From the NCBI RefSeq assembly GCF_028641065.1, contig NC_073403.1, positions 31,558,001 to 31,622,000 of the forward strand: a stretch of DNA of 64,000 nt, in the 5' to 3' direction. Numbering within the stretch: the first letter of the stretch is position 1; every line of letters begins with the position of its first letter. This stretch comes from Leucoraja erinacea (Eukaryota). The notes under the pieces were generated by a model. It worked only from the letters and a program-made list of their open reading frames with translations. It was not told the DNA's origin and searched no databases. The position numbers and the translations under genes were made by a program. Below, one piece after another: positions 1 to 11,800 of this stretch.

Positions 1-278
1 TTTTGTTCAACCTGCTATAGGAATTATGTTCTCAAGGTGATGGGGAGGTGATGGGGAGAGGGGAGGGTATTGGCAGACAGGAGGGAAAAGAGCCAGCATT
101 GTGGGGGGGGGGAGGCTGTGAGGTAAGGAGAGAGGAGGTGTGAAAAGGATGGCAGGATAGTGGGAGAAATGGGTGCATGTGGACACGGAAGAGCAGGTGA
201 TGTCTGTGTTTGCATCCTTAAACCTCTTCCTACTTGTGAACAGTGGTCAGGATCCAACTCGGGTCTCTCGCACTGTAA

Positions 279-802
279 AGCCCCTGTCCCACTTTCACGA
301 CCTAATTGGCGACCTCTGCCGAGTTTGCTCTTGACTCGTACTCGCAGCATGGTCGCCACGAGGTCGTAGGAAGTCTTCATAACTCTTCCTCATGCTCGTG
401 AGTGGTCTCCACGTACTCGTGGCCTCAACTAGGTCACGGCGTTTTTTCCAGCCTGATAAAAAATGTCCACGAGTTAAAAAAAAAAAATAGGTTGGCTTGG
501 AAAAAATTGATAATTTTTACTCGTAGGTCGTAGGTAGGTCATAGTAGGTCGTGATGGTAGTCGTAGGTAGTCGTGGGTCGGTAACTGGCCCAAGAAAAAT
601 GCATAAATGACATGTCTGAGATGTACAAGACTGAGGTACACTTAGGAGGTCGTAGATATAGTCGTAGGAGGTCATAGACATAGTTGTAGGAGGTCGTAGG
701 AGGCCTTTTACTTTGGTGAGTCAACACGACTTTGACATTTTTTTCAACTCATCTAGGGTCTTCTAAACTCATGGATTAGGTCGTCCAAGTGGGACAGGCC
801 CT
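279..802. mobile_element. PIF/Harbinger-type MITE inserted in a SINE head
   Basis: Termini agcccctgtcccactt / aagtgggacaggccct; TAA at 276-278 and 803-805; removing it restores SINE sequence gcactgTAAggcagcaactctac; many internal GTCGTAG repeats. Confidence 0.85.
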
Positions 803-1228
803 TAAGGCAGCAACTCTACAACTTGGCCACCGTGCACCTTCTCCAAAGCTTCCTCACCCTTGCTCTAACGGGGTAACTGCACACAATCCACTCAGTTGCA
901 AAGATAGATTGTGGTGGGATGATGATGATGGAACTCTGGCGACATTAGTTTGAAAAGCAAAAATTTGCAATATGGTAAACCTAAAAATTTTTAATTGTCA
1001 GAACCACTCGGCATGTTGTGAGCAGGGGTTATGGGGCGAAGGCAGGTGAACGGGATTGAGGGGGAAAGATAGATCAGCCATGATTGATTGGCGGTGTAGA
1101 CTTGATGGGCTGAATGGCCTAATTCTGCTCTTGGAACGAACTTTTGAGCAAGAAAGGTAAAGTGGTGTTGATGTTTATGGTGATCTTATGCCTCTTGGTA
1201 ATCACAAATATTGAGGATGCAATGATTG

Positions 1229-2269
1229 TAGCAATGTTACAAAATTTTGAGATTTTAAAAATCAAGTCTGTAATGTATCCCATCCGATAAAGCATAAAAA
1301 GAAGTTTAATTTGACACCTAATTCACTTTTATATCTTCAGTATTAAAAAACGTTATGGCCATTTTCATACTCGGAAATAAGCATCTTGTTCCCTATTGCT
1401 TATCCATTGACTGAACACAAAAGCTGTGATCGAGGACAGCCAAAAGCCTATAACTTTATTAAAAATTAAGAGAACTGAAAGAAATTTTCAGTTATTATAG
1501 ATTGAAGCATTCTGAAACAAATATGAAACAATCTTACTTAGATGACTTGAAATTAAAGCATATAATTAGTTAGTTACCTAATTGTAGCTAATTACAAAAT
1601 TAAATTACTAAATCTAAACATCTATCAATTTCATAAGAATTAATTAACATTTTTAAATAGCCTAAGTGTCCAAATAACATTCACACAAGAATTCACAATA
1701 AAACATGTTTTTTAAATCTCATTGTCATGGATTTATAGGCCAAATGGAAAGAATTTAATGTTTAATACCTGCAAATTAATGGCCGTTTAAATCATCTTGC
1801 GAGTGGGTTTTACTGGAACGCGACCATTTGGAATGTTGCGGTTGTGGTGATTTAGACCCCCATATCGGCATGCCGGTTTGTATGGGGACTGAATCACCGT
1901 TTCGCAACTTAAAATGTGAACTAAAGGCATCTTAAGAAACACTTTTATACATAAAAATAAACTACTTTCTTTTACCTGCCACCTACATGAAATCCGTCCC
2001 CGTTGTCAGCATTGAGGGTGTTAGAAGCTGGTTTTAAAATGACTCCAGCGTTGAAATTGTTGGGCGATTTATATATATTTTTAAAAAAGACACAGAACGG
2101 CCGTCGGAACGATTCTTCAGCAATAGCTTGCACTCCGACAAAATATAATCCAGGACAAGGTTAGAGAAAATCGCGTTTTAACACTCCCCCCATCAAACGC
2201 GCGAAGATCGCGCACACGGCCAGTGGCAGAACTGCAACGCTGCTGAAGGTAAGTATTGTAACATACCTA
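1229..2269. mobile_element. Non-autonomous TIR DNA transposon, superfamily unassigned, 7-8 bp TSD
   Basis: Termini tagcaatgttacaa / ttgtaacataccta; (a)atgattg on both flanks (1221-1228, 2269-2276); related sequence at 4841-6650 and 58251 onward. Confidence 0.8.
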
Positions 2270-2575
2270 ATGATTGGAGTTAATGTGGGGAGGAGGGGAA
2301 CACCTGTGGAAGCAATGAATGGGAAGGTCTAAGATAGACTGATGTCGGGAGCAGTAAATGAATACATGACGAGAGCAAATCAAACGATCATCCCCTGACA
2401 TTCAGTGCATCACAAACATGGAATCCCCATTAATAATATGTTGGCGTTACCACTGACTGGAAACGGTACTGGAGTACACATAATGTAGCTATGAGGTACA
2501 TAGGTGACTAGTTACAAAGCCCAGATCAGGAGTGTGCTGGATTCTCTCCACTTGCCTGCCTGAGTGCAGCTTTAA

Positions 2576-3987
2576 CAGGTCTGCCAACTTTCACGCTTTG
2601 AGCGTGAGACTCACGCCCTCAAGCAAACTCTCACACCCTCACGCTCATCAGATATTTCTCACGCTCAGTGATGAGAAATTTTGTGATCAACGAAAATTTC
2701 AAAATTCGGATAAACTACATGGTCCGCGGGTGTTGGAGAGCAGGGGCTGCGGGAGGGATGGGAGCAGAACCAGCTGCGGGAACAGATGCGGGGAGCCGGG
2801 ACTTGCGAGTGTTTGCGGCTCTGCAAATCGCTCGCTGCAGCTCTGGCCATGGAGCACTCCGGACAGTGCAAGTGTCCCTGGCCGCGGAGCCGTCGGAAGC
2901 GTTGTGCCGCTGCCGCGAGAGTCTCTGTGCTCTGGGGCGCTCAGAACCATGGGTCACAGTTTAAGAATAAAGGGGGGGGACAGTTAGGACTGAGATGAGA
3001 ACAAACTTTCTTCACGCAGAGAGTTGTGAATCTGTGGAATTCTCTGCCAGAGAAGGCAGTGCAGGCCAATTCACTGGATGTTTTCAAGAGAGAGTTACAT
3101 TTAGTTCTTGGGGCTAACGACATCAAGGGATATGGGGAAAAAACAGGAAAGAGGTACTGATTTTAGATGAATAGCCATGATCATATTGAATGGCAGTGCT
3201 AGCTCGAAGGGTCGATGGCCTATTCCTGCACCTATTTTCTATGTTTCTATGCTTGAGTATATGGCAATAAAACTCGATCACTTGATTTTGAAGCATTCAT
3301 GCATGGTGGAGGTATAATGTAGTCATAGAGTGATACAGTGTGAAAACAGGCCCTTCGGTGCAACTTGCCCACACCCGCCAACATGTCCCAGCTACGCTAC
3401 CTGCTTTTGGTCCATACCTCCAAACCTGTCCTATCCATATATCAGTCTAACTTTTTCTTAAATGTTGGGATGGTCCCTGCCTCAGCTACCTCCTCTGGCA
3501 GATTGTTCCATACACCCATCACCCTTTGTGTGGATAAAGGTACCCCTTAAAAAATTACCTCTTAAAAATACTTCATACAAAAATCATTGAAATCATACTT
3601 CTACAGTGCACTAAAACATGATTTTAATACTTCAAATTTCAAAAGGTTCCTACGCTGGGAGGGGGGACACCCTTCTTCCACACCCTCTCCCCACTCGGTT
3701 GCTCCACTCCCTCACCGGGTACCCCCAAAGCCAGTGATCAGTGATCGCACAGTCTCCCCCCTTTCAAAAATGCTCCAATCCAATTTAAAGCATATATATT
3801 GCATTCAAGTGTAAGGTAAAAGACTCGCTACAGTATGTACCATATTGCACAATTTCAAGCTGAAAAGTGCAAATGTTCCGTGGACACTCTCCTCCCCCCC
3901 CCCCCCCCCCCCCAGTCGCTATACTCTCTCGGGCTTGGTCTCTTGCAATTTCTCACTCCCAACTCTCACCCAATGTTGGCAGCCCTG
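2576..3987. mobile_element. Non-autonomous TIR element (13-bp TIR CAGGKCTGCCAAC, TAA TSD) containing CR1 3' ends
   Basis: caggtctgccaac at 2576, gttggcagccctg ending 3987, TAA on both sides; CR1 tails at about 2950-3250 (+) and 3322-3548 (-). Confidence 0.75.
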
Positions 3988-4565
3988 TAACAGTGCTTGT
4001 TCATCTTAACATACAGAACATAGCAGCCACACGTTCACTCACATACTCAATCCCTGACTCCACCACCAGCACACAGTAGCAGTGGTTTGTACCACCTTCA
4101 GGATGCAGCCACACATCTATATCCGTAGGCAGGCAAACCCACATCCTCGGCCAGCTGGAAGGACAAAGGTAACAAACGTACGGGGGCTCCACCAACTCGA
4201 AGTTGCCCTCCCAGCCACACACCATCTTGACTTAGAAATACATCGCCATTCCTCCACTGTCAAACTCCTAGCCCTCCCTCCATTACAGCATTGTGAGCAT
4301 ACCTACACCTCAAGGACTGCAGCGGTTCAAGAGGTTGGCTCAACGCCACCTTCTTGAACAATTGGAGATGGGCAATTAACCTGTTCATTGCCCAGATTTT
4401 ATTTTGCTTTTGTACTCTGACCTGAGCATAATCGGCACTGAGCAGGTTAATACTGACTCAATCTGTGAAGCCCACTTCCCTTCAATGAATGAAAAACAAT
4501 ACTGTATCAGAGCTTAGTGGCCAAACCCGAATATTGGGTGCAATTCTGAATCATTTGCACTTATG

Positions 4566-4840
4566 GAGCGGCATGGTGATGCAGCAGTGGAGTTACTGCT
4601 TTAAAGTGCCAGACACCCGTGTTCGATCCTGATTACGGGTGTTGTCCGTGCGGAGTTTGTACGTTCTCCCCATGACATCTGTGGGTTTTCTCCGAGATCT
4701 CTGCTTTCCTCCCACACTCCAAAGATGTAGTTTTGTAGCTTAATTGGCTTTGCTAAAATTGTAAATTGTCTCCAGTGTGTGTAGGATAGTATAAGTGTGC
4801 AGGGATCGCTGGTTGGCACAGACTTGGTGGGCCAAAGGAC
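4566..4840 (+). mobile_element. tRNA-derived SINE (representative copy; others at about 8821-9070, 14315-14950, 30575-30800, 37740-37930, 55300-55750)
   Basis: tRNA-like head with B-box gttcgatcc, core ggagtttgtacgttctcccc, tail gggccaaagg; repeated through the window. Confidence 0.8.
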
Positions 4841-6650
4841 ACCTAATATCTTCAGTATTAAAAAAGTTATGGCAATTTTCATACTCGGAAATAATCATCT
4901 TGTTCCCTATTGCTTTTCCATTGACTGAACACAAAAGCTGTGATCGAGGACAGCCAAAAGCCTATAACTTTATTAAAAATTAAGAGAACTGAAAGAAGTT
5001 TTCAGTTATTATAAATTGAAGCATTCTGAAACAAATATGAAACAATCTTATTTAGATGACTTGAAATTAAAGCATATAGAAACATAGAAACATAGAAATT
5101 AGGTGCAGGAGTAGGCCATTCGGCCCTTCGAGCCTGCACCGCCATTCAATATGATCATGGCTGATCATCCAATTCAGTATCCCGTACCTGCCTTCTCTCC
5201 ATACCCTCTGATTCCCTTAGCCACAAGGGCCACATCTAACTCCCTCTTAAATATAGCCAACGAACTGGCCTCAACTACCCTCTGTGGCAGAGAGTTCCAG
5301 AGATTCACCACTCTCTGTGTGAAAAAAGTTCTTCTCATCTCGGTTTTAAAGGATTCCCCCCTTATCCTTAAGCTGTGACCCCTTGTCCTGGACTTCCCCA
5401 ACATCGGGAACAATCTTCCGGCATCTAGCCTGTACAACCCCTTAAGAATTTTGTAAGTTTCTATAAGATCCCCTCTCAATTTCCTAAATTCTAGAGAGTA
5501 TAAACCAAGTCTATCCAGTCTTTCTTCATAAGACAGTCCTGACATCCCAGGAATCAGTCTGGTGAACCTTCTCTGCACTCCCTCTATGGCAATAATGTCC
5601 TTCCTCAGATTTGGAGACTAAAACTGTACGCAATACTCCAGGTGTGGTCTCACCAAGACCCTGTACAACTGCAGTAGAACCTCCCTGCTCCTATACTCAA
5701 ATCCTTTTGCTATGAAAGCTAACATACCATTCGCTTTCTTTACTGCCTGCTGCACCTGCATGCCTACCTTCAATGACTGGTGTACCATGACACCCAGGGT
5801 CTTGCTGCATCTCCCCCTTTCCCAATCGGCCACCATTTAGATAATAGTCTGCTTTCCCGTTTTTGCCACCAAAATGGATAACCTCACATTTATCCACATT
5901 ATACTGCATCTGCCAAACATTTGCCCACTCACCCAGCCTATCCAAGTCACCTTGCAGTCTCCTAGCATCCTCCTCACAGCTAACACTGCCCCCCAGCTTA
6001 GTGTCATCCGCAAACTTGGAGATATTGCCTTCAATTCCCTCATCCAGATCATTAATATATATTGTAAATAGCCCCAGCACTGAGCCTTGGGGTACCCCAC
6101 TAGTCACTGCCTGCCATTGTGAAAAGGACCCGTTTACTCCTACTCTTTGCTTCCTGTTTGCCAGCCAGTTCTCTATCCACATCAATGCTGAACCCCCAAT
6201 GCCGTGTGCTTTAAGTTTGTATACTAATCTCTTATGTGGGACCTTGTCGAAAGCCTTCTGGAAGTCCAGATACACCACATCCACTGGTTCTCTCCTATCC
6301 ACGCTACTAGTTACATCCTCGAAAAATTCTATAAGAGTTAGTTAGTTAGTTATAATTAGTTAGTTACCTAAATGTAGCTAATTACAAAATTCAAGTACTA
6401 GATCTAAACATCTATCAATTTCTTAAGAATGAATTAACATTTTTAAATAGCCTGTGTCCAAATAACATTCACACATGAATTCACAATAAAACATGTTTTT
6501 TAAATCTCATTGTCATGGATTTATAGGCCAAATGGAAAGAATTTAATGTTTAATACCTGCAAATTAATAGCCATTTAAATCATCTTGCGAGTGGGTTTTA
6601 CTGGAACATGACCATTTGGAATGTTGCGGTTGTGGTAATTTAGACCCCCA
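4841..6650 (+). mobile_element. Internal fragment of the 1229-2269 DNA transposon (equivalent to about 1316-1862), interrupted by a CR1
   Basis: Near-identity of 4841-5077 and about 6350-6650 to 1316-1862; lacks both TIRs. Confidence 0.85.
5078..6336 (-). mobile_element. 5'-truncated CR1 LINE (RT C-terminal half plus 3' UTR)
   Basis: ORF pieces [45 protein letters not shown]; tail (tttctatg)n. Confidence 0.95.
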
Positions 6651-7554
6651 TTCGACTTTGCTAAAATTGTAAATTGTCTCCAGTGTGTGTAGGATAGTGT
6701 AAGTGTGCAGGGATCGCTGGTCGGCGCGGACTCGGTGGGCCAAAGGACTTGTTTCTGTCTGTATCTTTACTCACATGGGTTCCTATCAACATGGGGAAGC
6801 CAATGGACACTCCAGCAGCCACATAGGACTTGTGGTCCTACCTTAAGGTGTGGTTGATTAATATGAATGATGCTGCTGTGGTGGGTTTGAAGCTGGCTGA
6901 AGAGAAGGCCTTTATTCTATTCAGAAGGATTACATTTCATTGGGTGTGATTGCTAATGTTGCCGCAGTTATCAGTCACATTCCCTCCAGGGAGACATGAG
7001 ACTGTAGTGCCATTGTGGTCCACTGGTGTTCTCTCAGGTCAGTCATGCCAGCTCAATAATACAGGACAATGCATTTTTTTTTGCAGTAGTGGAAATTATT
7101 TTTATAAAAGGCAAGTAGCAAAAGAAAAACTGCACCAACTAATTTCACATCAAGGATCCAGCCCTTCAGGCTGCTGTCAGCTGGACAATGTGCTAATAGT
7201 GTTATAGAGAAAGACAGCCCAGGGAAAAAAAATCAAAGCCAATTATTGATATTTAGAATGCAACTGGTTGGCAAAGATACCAAGCTCATCTTATACTAGT
7301 GTTGCACTCGCACAATGTAATAATCTGAGAAATATTTATCAATCAGTATGAAGGAAATCCCAGTTGTGAGCAGAACATAAACGCAAGGTCACCTGTTCCT
7401 CCAGAGTTTGATAAACTCACTAATGGAGATCACCACTAGGGGCAGCACAATTGCTGCATCAGCACCAATGTCAAATTAACTTTAGAAACAATGGATCAAA
7501 TGGATCAGTTTCCACATCGGTTTATTTTAAATATTAAATTTTGGAGATGTTTCC

Positions 7555-8820
7555 GGATTTACGAAAGGTAAATCATGTCTGACGAATCTTATAGAATTTT
7601 TCGAGGATGTAACTAGTAGCGTGGATAGGGGAGAACCAGTGGATGTGGTGTATCTGGACTTCCAGAAGGCTTTCGACAAGGTCCCACATAAAAAATTAGT
7701 ATACAAATTAAAGCACAAGGCATTGGGGGTTCAGTATTGAGTGGATCAGAACTGGCTGGCAAACAGGAAAAGCAAAGTTAAACGGGTCCTTTTCACATGG
7801 CAGGCAGTGACTATGGGGTACCCCAAGGCTCAGTAAAGCTATTTACAATATTTTAATGATCTGGATGAGGGAATTGAAGGCAATATCTCCAAGTTTGCGG
7901 ATGACACTAAGCTGGGGGGCAGTGTTAGCTGTGAGGAGGATGCTAGGAGACTGCAGGGTGACTTGGATAGGCTGGGTGAGTGGGCAAATGTTTGTCAGAT
8001 GCAGTATAATGTGGATAAATGTGAGGTTATCCATTTTGGTGGCAAAAACAGGAAAGCAGACTATTATCTAAATGGTGGCCGATTGGGAAAGGGGGAGATG
8101 CAGCGAGACCTGGGTGTCATGGTACACCAGTCATTGAAGGTCGGCATGCAGGTGCAGCAGGCAGTAAAGAAAGCGAATGGTATGTTAGCTTTCATTGCAA
8201 AAGGATTTGAGTATAGGAGCAGAGAGGTTCTACTGCAGTTGTACAGGGTCTTGGTGAGACCACACCTGGAGTATTGCGTACAGTTTTGGTCTCCAAATCT
8301 GAGGAAGGACATTATTGCCATGAGGGAGTGCAGAGACGGTTCACCAGACTGATTCCTGGGATGTCAGGACTGTCTTATGAAGAAAGACTGGATAGACTTG
8401 GTTTATACTCTCTAGAATTTAGAAGATTGCGAGGGGATCTTATAGAAACTTACAAAATTCTTAAGGGGTTGGACAGGCTAGATGCAGGAAGATGTTCCCG
8501 ATGTTAGGGAAGTCCAGGACAAGGGGTCACAGCTTAAGGATAAAGGGGAAATCCTTTAAAACCGAGATGAGAAGAACTTTTTTCACGCAGAGAGTGGTGA
8601 ATCTCTGGAACTCTCTGCCACAGAGGGTAGTTGAGGCCACTTCATTGGCTATATTTAAGAGGGAGTTAGATGTGGCCCTTGTGGCTAAGGGGATCAGGGG
8701 ATATGGAGAGAAGGCAGGTACGGGATACTGAGTTGGATGATCAGCCATGATCATATTGAATGGCGGTGCAGGCTCGAAGGGCCGAATGGCCTACTCCTGC
8801 ACCTAATTTCTATGTTTCTA
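7555..8820 (+). mobile_element. 5'-truncated CR1 LINE, same subfamily as 5078-6336, opposite orientation
   Basis: Same RT motifs and 3' UTR; near-identical reverse complement of 5078-6336. Confidence 0.95.
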
Positions 8821-11800
8821 GTGCATTCGATCCTGACCTTGGATGCTGTCTTTGTGGAGTTTGCATGTTCTCCCTGAGATCACATTGGTTTTCTCCACTA
8901 TCCTCCCACGTCCCAAAGACGTGCATGTTTATAGTTTAATTGGCTTCTGTAAATTGGCCCTAGTGTGTAGGGAGTGGATGAGAAAGTAGAATAATATAGA
9001 ACTAGTGTGAACGAGTGATCGATAGTCGGTGTGGACTCGAGGCTGTTTCCGTGCTGTATATTTCCATTAATTTCCACTCAATCATCTTTGAAATGGCCCA
9101 ACTGCTTAGGAAAGATTTGGAAGGATAGGGGCCAAATGGGCAGGCAGGTGGGTGGGGCATCTTGGTTGGTGAGGGCAAGTTAGACCAGAGGGCCTGAGTC
9201 TATGCTGTGTGACTATAACTTCTTGGAGTGCTTCTGGAGTGGACTCTGTCATCTACTGTGCCATCAGTTAGACATCTGTGCAGACCCTGGAGCAAGGGCA
9301 TTGAGTCTCAGGGACTGGTCGTGTGTCTTAATCAATGAGATTTGACGGTGAGACAATGGAAATAGTGATTGAAGAGAAAGGTGAATTAAAGTTGAGTCAG
9401 CCACAGGAAAAGAATGGAGAAAGAGAGCTGTGATTATGCAAGAGTAAAATCACAGGATAGAAAGAGGATATGGAAAAAATATAATTGTACAACAATATCT
9501 GAAGAATTGAGCTTGTGCAGCTTACATTATTTAACATTTGAGCCAGGGAAGTAATCGGCTTAACATAACATGGCTCCTAATTGTCGGACGTTTCTTTCTG
9601 CGTTAGACTTTGATTTGCTGTTTTTGATTTTCATTGGTTTGTTTAATGTGAAGTTCCTGTGTAATCTGCTAAATTCTTCATGTAATGTTCAAGCCAAGGA
9701 CCAAGTCTGAAAAGAAGGGGGAGTACAACTCAGTGCACAGCTTCCAGAGATGCTCACATTTTGTGTGGCACAGTAACACAGTAACACAGCGCCCTGCCTC
9801 TCAGCTCCAGAGACCCAAATTCAATTTTGACTGTGTAGATTTCACATTTTCCCTGTGACTGCATGGGTTTCATCTTACTGTAGATCCCTAAGAGCTGCAG
9901 GTTGGTTATTTGGTCACTGTAAATTGCCCTTGGTGTAGTTGAGTGTTAGAATCTGGAAGTAATTGGTGAGAATGTGAGGAGAATAAATAAATGGATTAAT
10001 ATAGGATTAGTGTGTGGTTGTTGATCAGCATGGATTTGGTGGACCAAAGGGCCTGTTTCTATCCTGTAATCTCTGACACTATGCCTCTTGACATATCGGT
10101 TCATTCTTGGAACTGGCTAGCTTACTTCCATATTAATAATGGTCAGTGCTGTTGGTTCAACCTTATTTTTGAACAAGATTTGGACTAATAGATTCGTATC
10201 AACATTTCAATGTATTAGATTCCCAGGTAAAAACACAATGGTATACTGGAGCATGAAGGGTTAATATTTACTTCAAATTTCTTTTGCATAGTTTAGTAGG
10301 TTAATTGTGTTAAGTAGACTAATGCCTTCACTCATGAAAAAGCTCAATGCAGTTGCCAGACTACTGGCAAAGATGTGTCTACTTGTAACCATGTGCTTTG
10401 CATTTAACGAGAACCATCGCTTACATTGATCAGAAAAAATCCCTGCACTTTATACATAGAAACATAGAAAATAGGTGAATGGAGGAGGCAATTTGGCCCT
10501 TTGAGCCAACATCGCCATTCATTGTGATCATGGCTGATCGTCCCCAATCAATAACCCATGCCTGCCTTCTCCCCATGTCTCTTGATTCCACTAGCCCCTA
10601 GAGCTCTATTTAACTCTCTCTTAAATCCATCCAGTGACTTTGCCTCCACTGCCCTCTGTGGCAGGGAATTCTACAAATGTACAACATTCTATTTGGATAT
10701 ATGAGGTTTCTACAAGGCATTTGATCTAAGCAATCAAAGCTGTTGTTTCATGAGCCTCCCTAACCCTTTTCATCTCTCCATTTCATTGTTGCCATTGGAT
10801 CAGGCAGTGTTAAGAAACATTTTGCCCATCAGGAAATAAATTCTCCTGCTTGTGACTGGTTCTGTAGTTGGTCACTTTTGCAATAATGGAATACAACTGA
10901 CCCGCATGAAATAGAAATATAGACAGTTTTCAGGGACCCAGGATTAATCAAAGCTGCAATGAGGGGGAAGCATCAGCCAGACACAAAGTCTTTATATGGA
11001 CACTTTATACAAAGTCTCAAACTGCTAAGACCCGATAATCTACACAAGAGGAACTGCAGATACTGGTTTACAAAGAAAGACAAAGTACTGGAGTGACTTG
11101 ACGGGTCAGGCAGCAATGTGCACCTCCTCTAATGTCATCTACTGCATCCAATGCTGCTTTTGTGGCCTCCTTACCATTGGCAAGACCAAGCGTAGACCAG
11201 GCGATCATTTTGCCAAACGCGCTTAATCCGCCAAGGCCTGCTGGATCTCCTGGTTGCTGACTATTTTAACTCCCCTTTGCATACCAACCTTTCTGCCCTG
11301 GGCCTCTTCCATTGCCAGAGTGAGGCCACATGTAAATTGGAGAAACAACACCTTGACTAGCTTACAGCCTAACAGTATGAATGTTAATAACTAACTTAAA
11401 ATCACCCCTTCATTCGCTTCCCTGAGACCCATCTGGCTGTGCATCAATTTGTCTCTTCTCCACTGTCCCCTTTCACCTACACTTGTTCTCTGACTTCAAA
11501 TTTCACAGCTCATCAATCCTTGTCTCTTGATCTCATTTTTTGGCTTTTCATCTCTGGCTTTGACCAACCATCAGCCAATTAAAAAAACTCCCTCTGCCTG
11601 TATCCACCCATCACTCGCCAGAGCTTGTCTTGCTGTTCAGCTTTCTCCCTCCCCACTACAATCAGTCTGAAGAAGAGTCCTAACCATTGGCCAGTCCATC
11701 ACTGGCTTTGACCTCCCCACCGTCGAAGTGGTCACTGCCTCAAAGGCAGGCTAAATCATCAAGGACCCACAACATCCTGGCCACACACTCATTTTACCAT

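Noticed and set aside
2665-2998. GC-rich block with several ORFs as a CpG-island promoter or first exon
   Set aside because: It lies inside the 2576-3987 TIR element and the ORFs have no recognisable domain
4566-4640. tRNA gene
   Set aside because: The A/B-box-like sequence is the head of a repeated SINE; no complete cloverleaf or anticodon arm is evident
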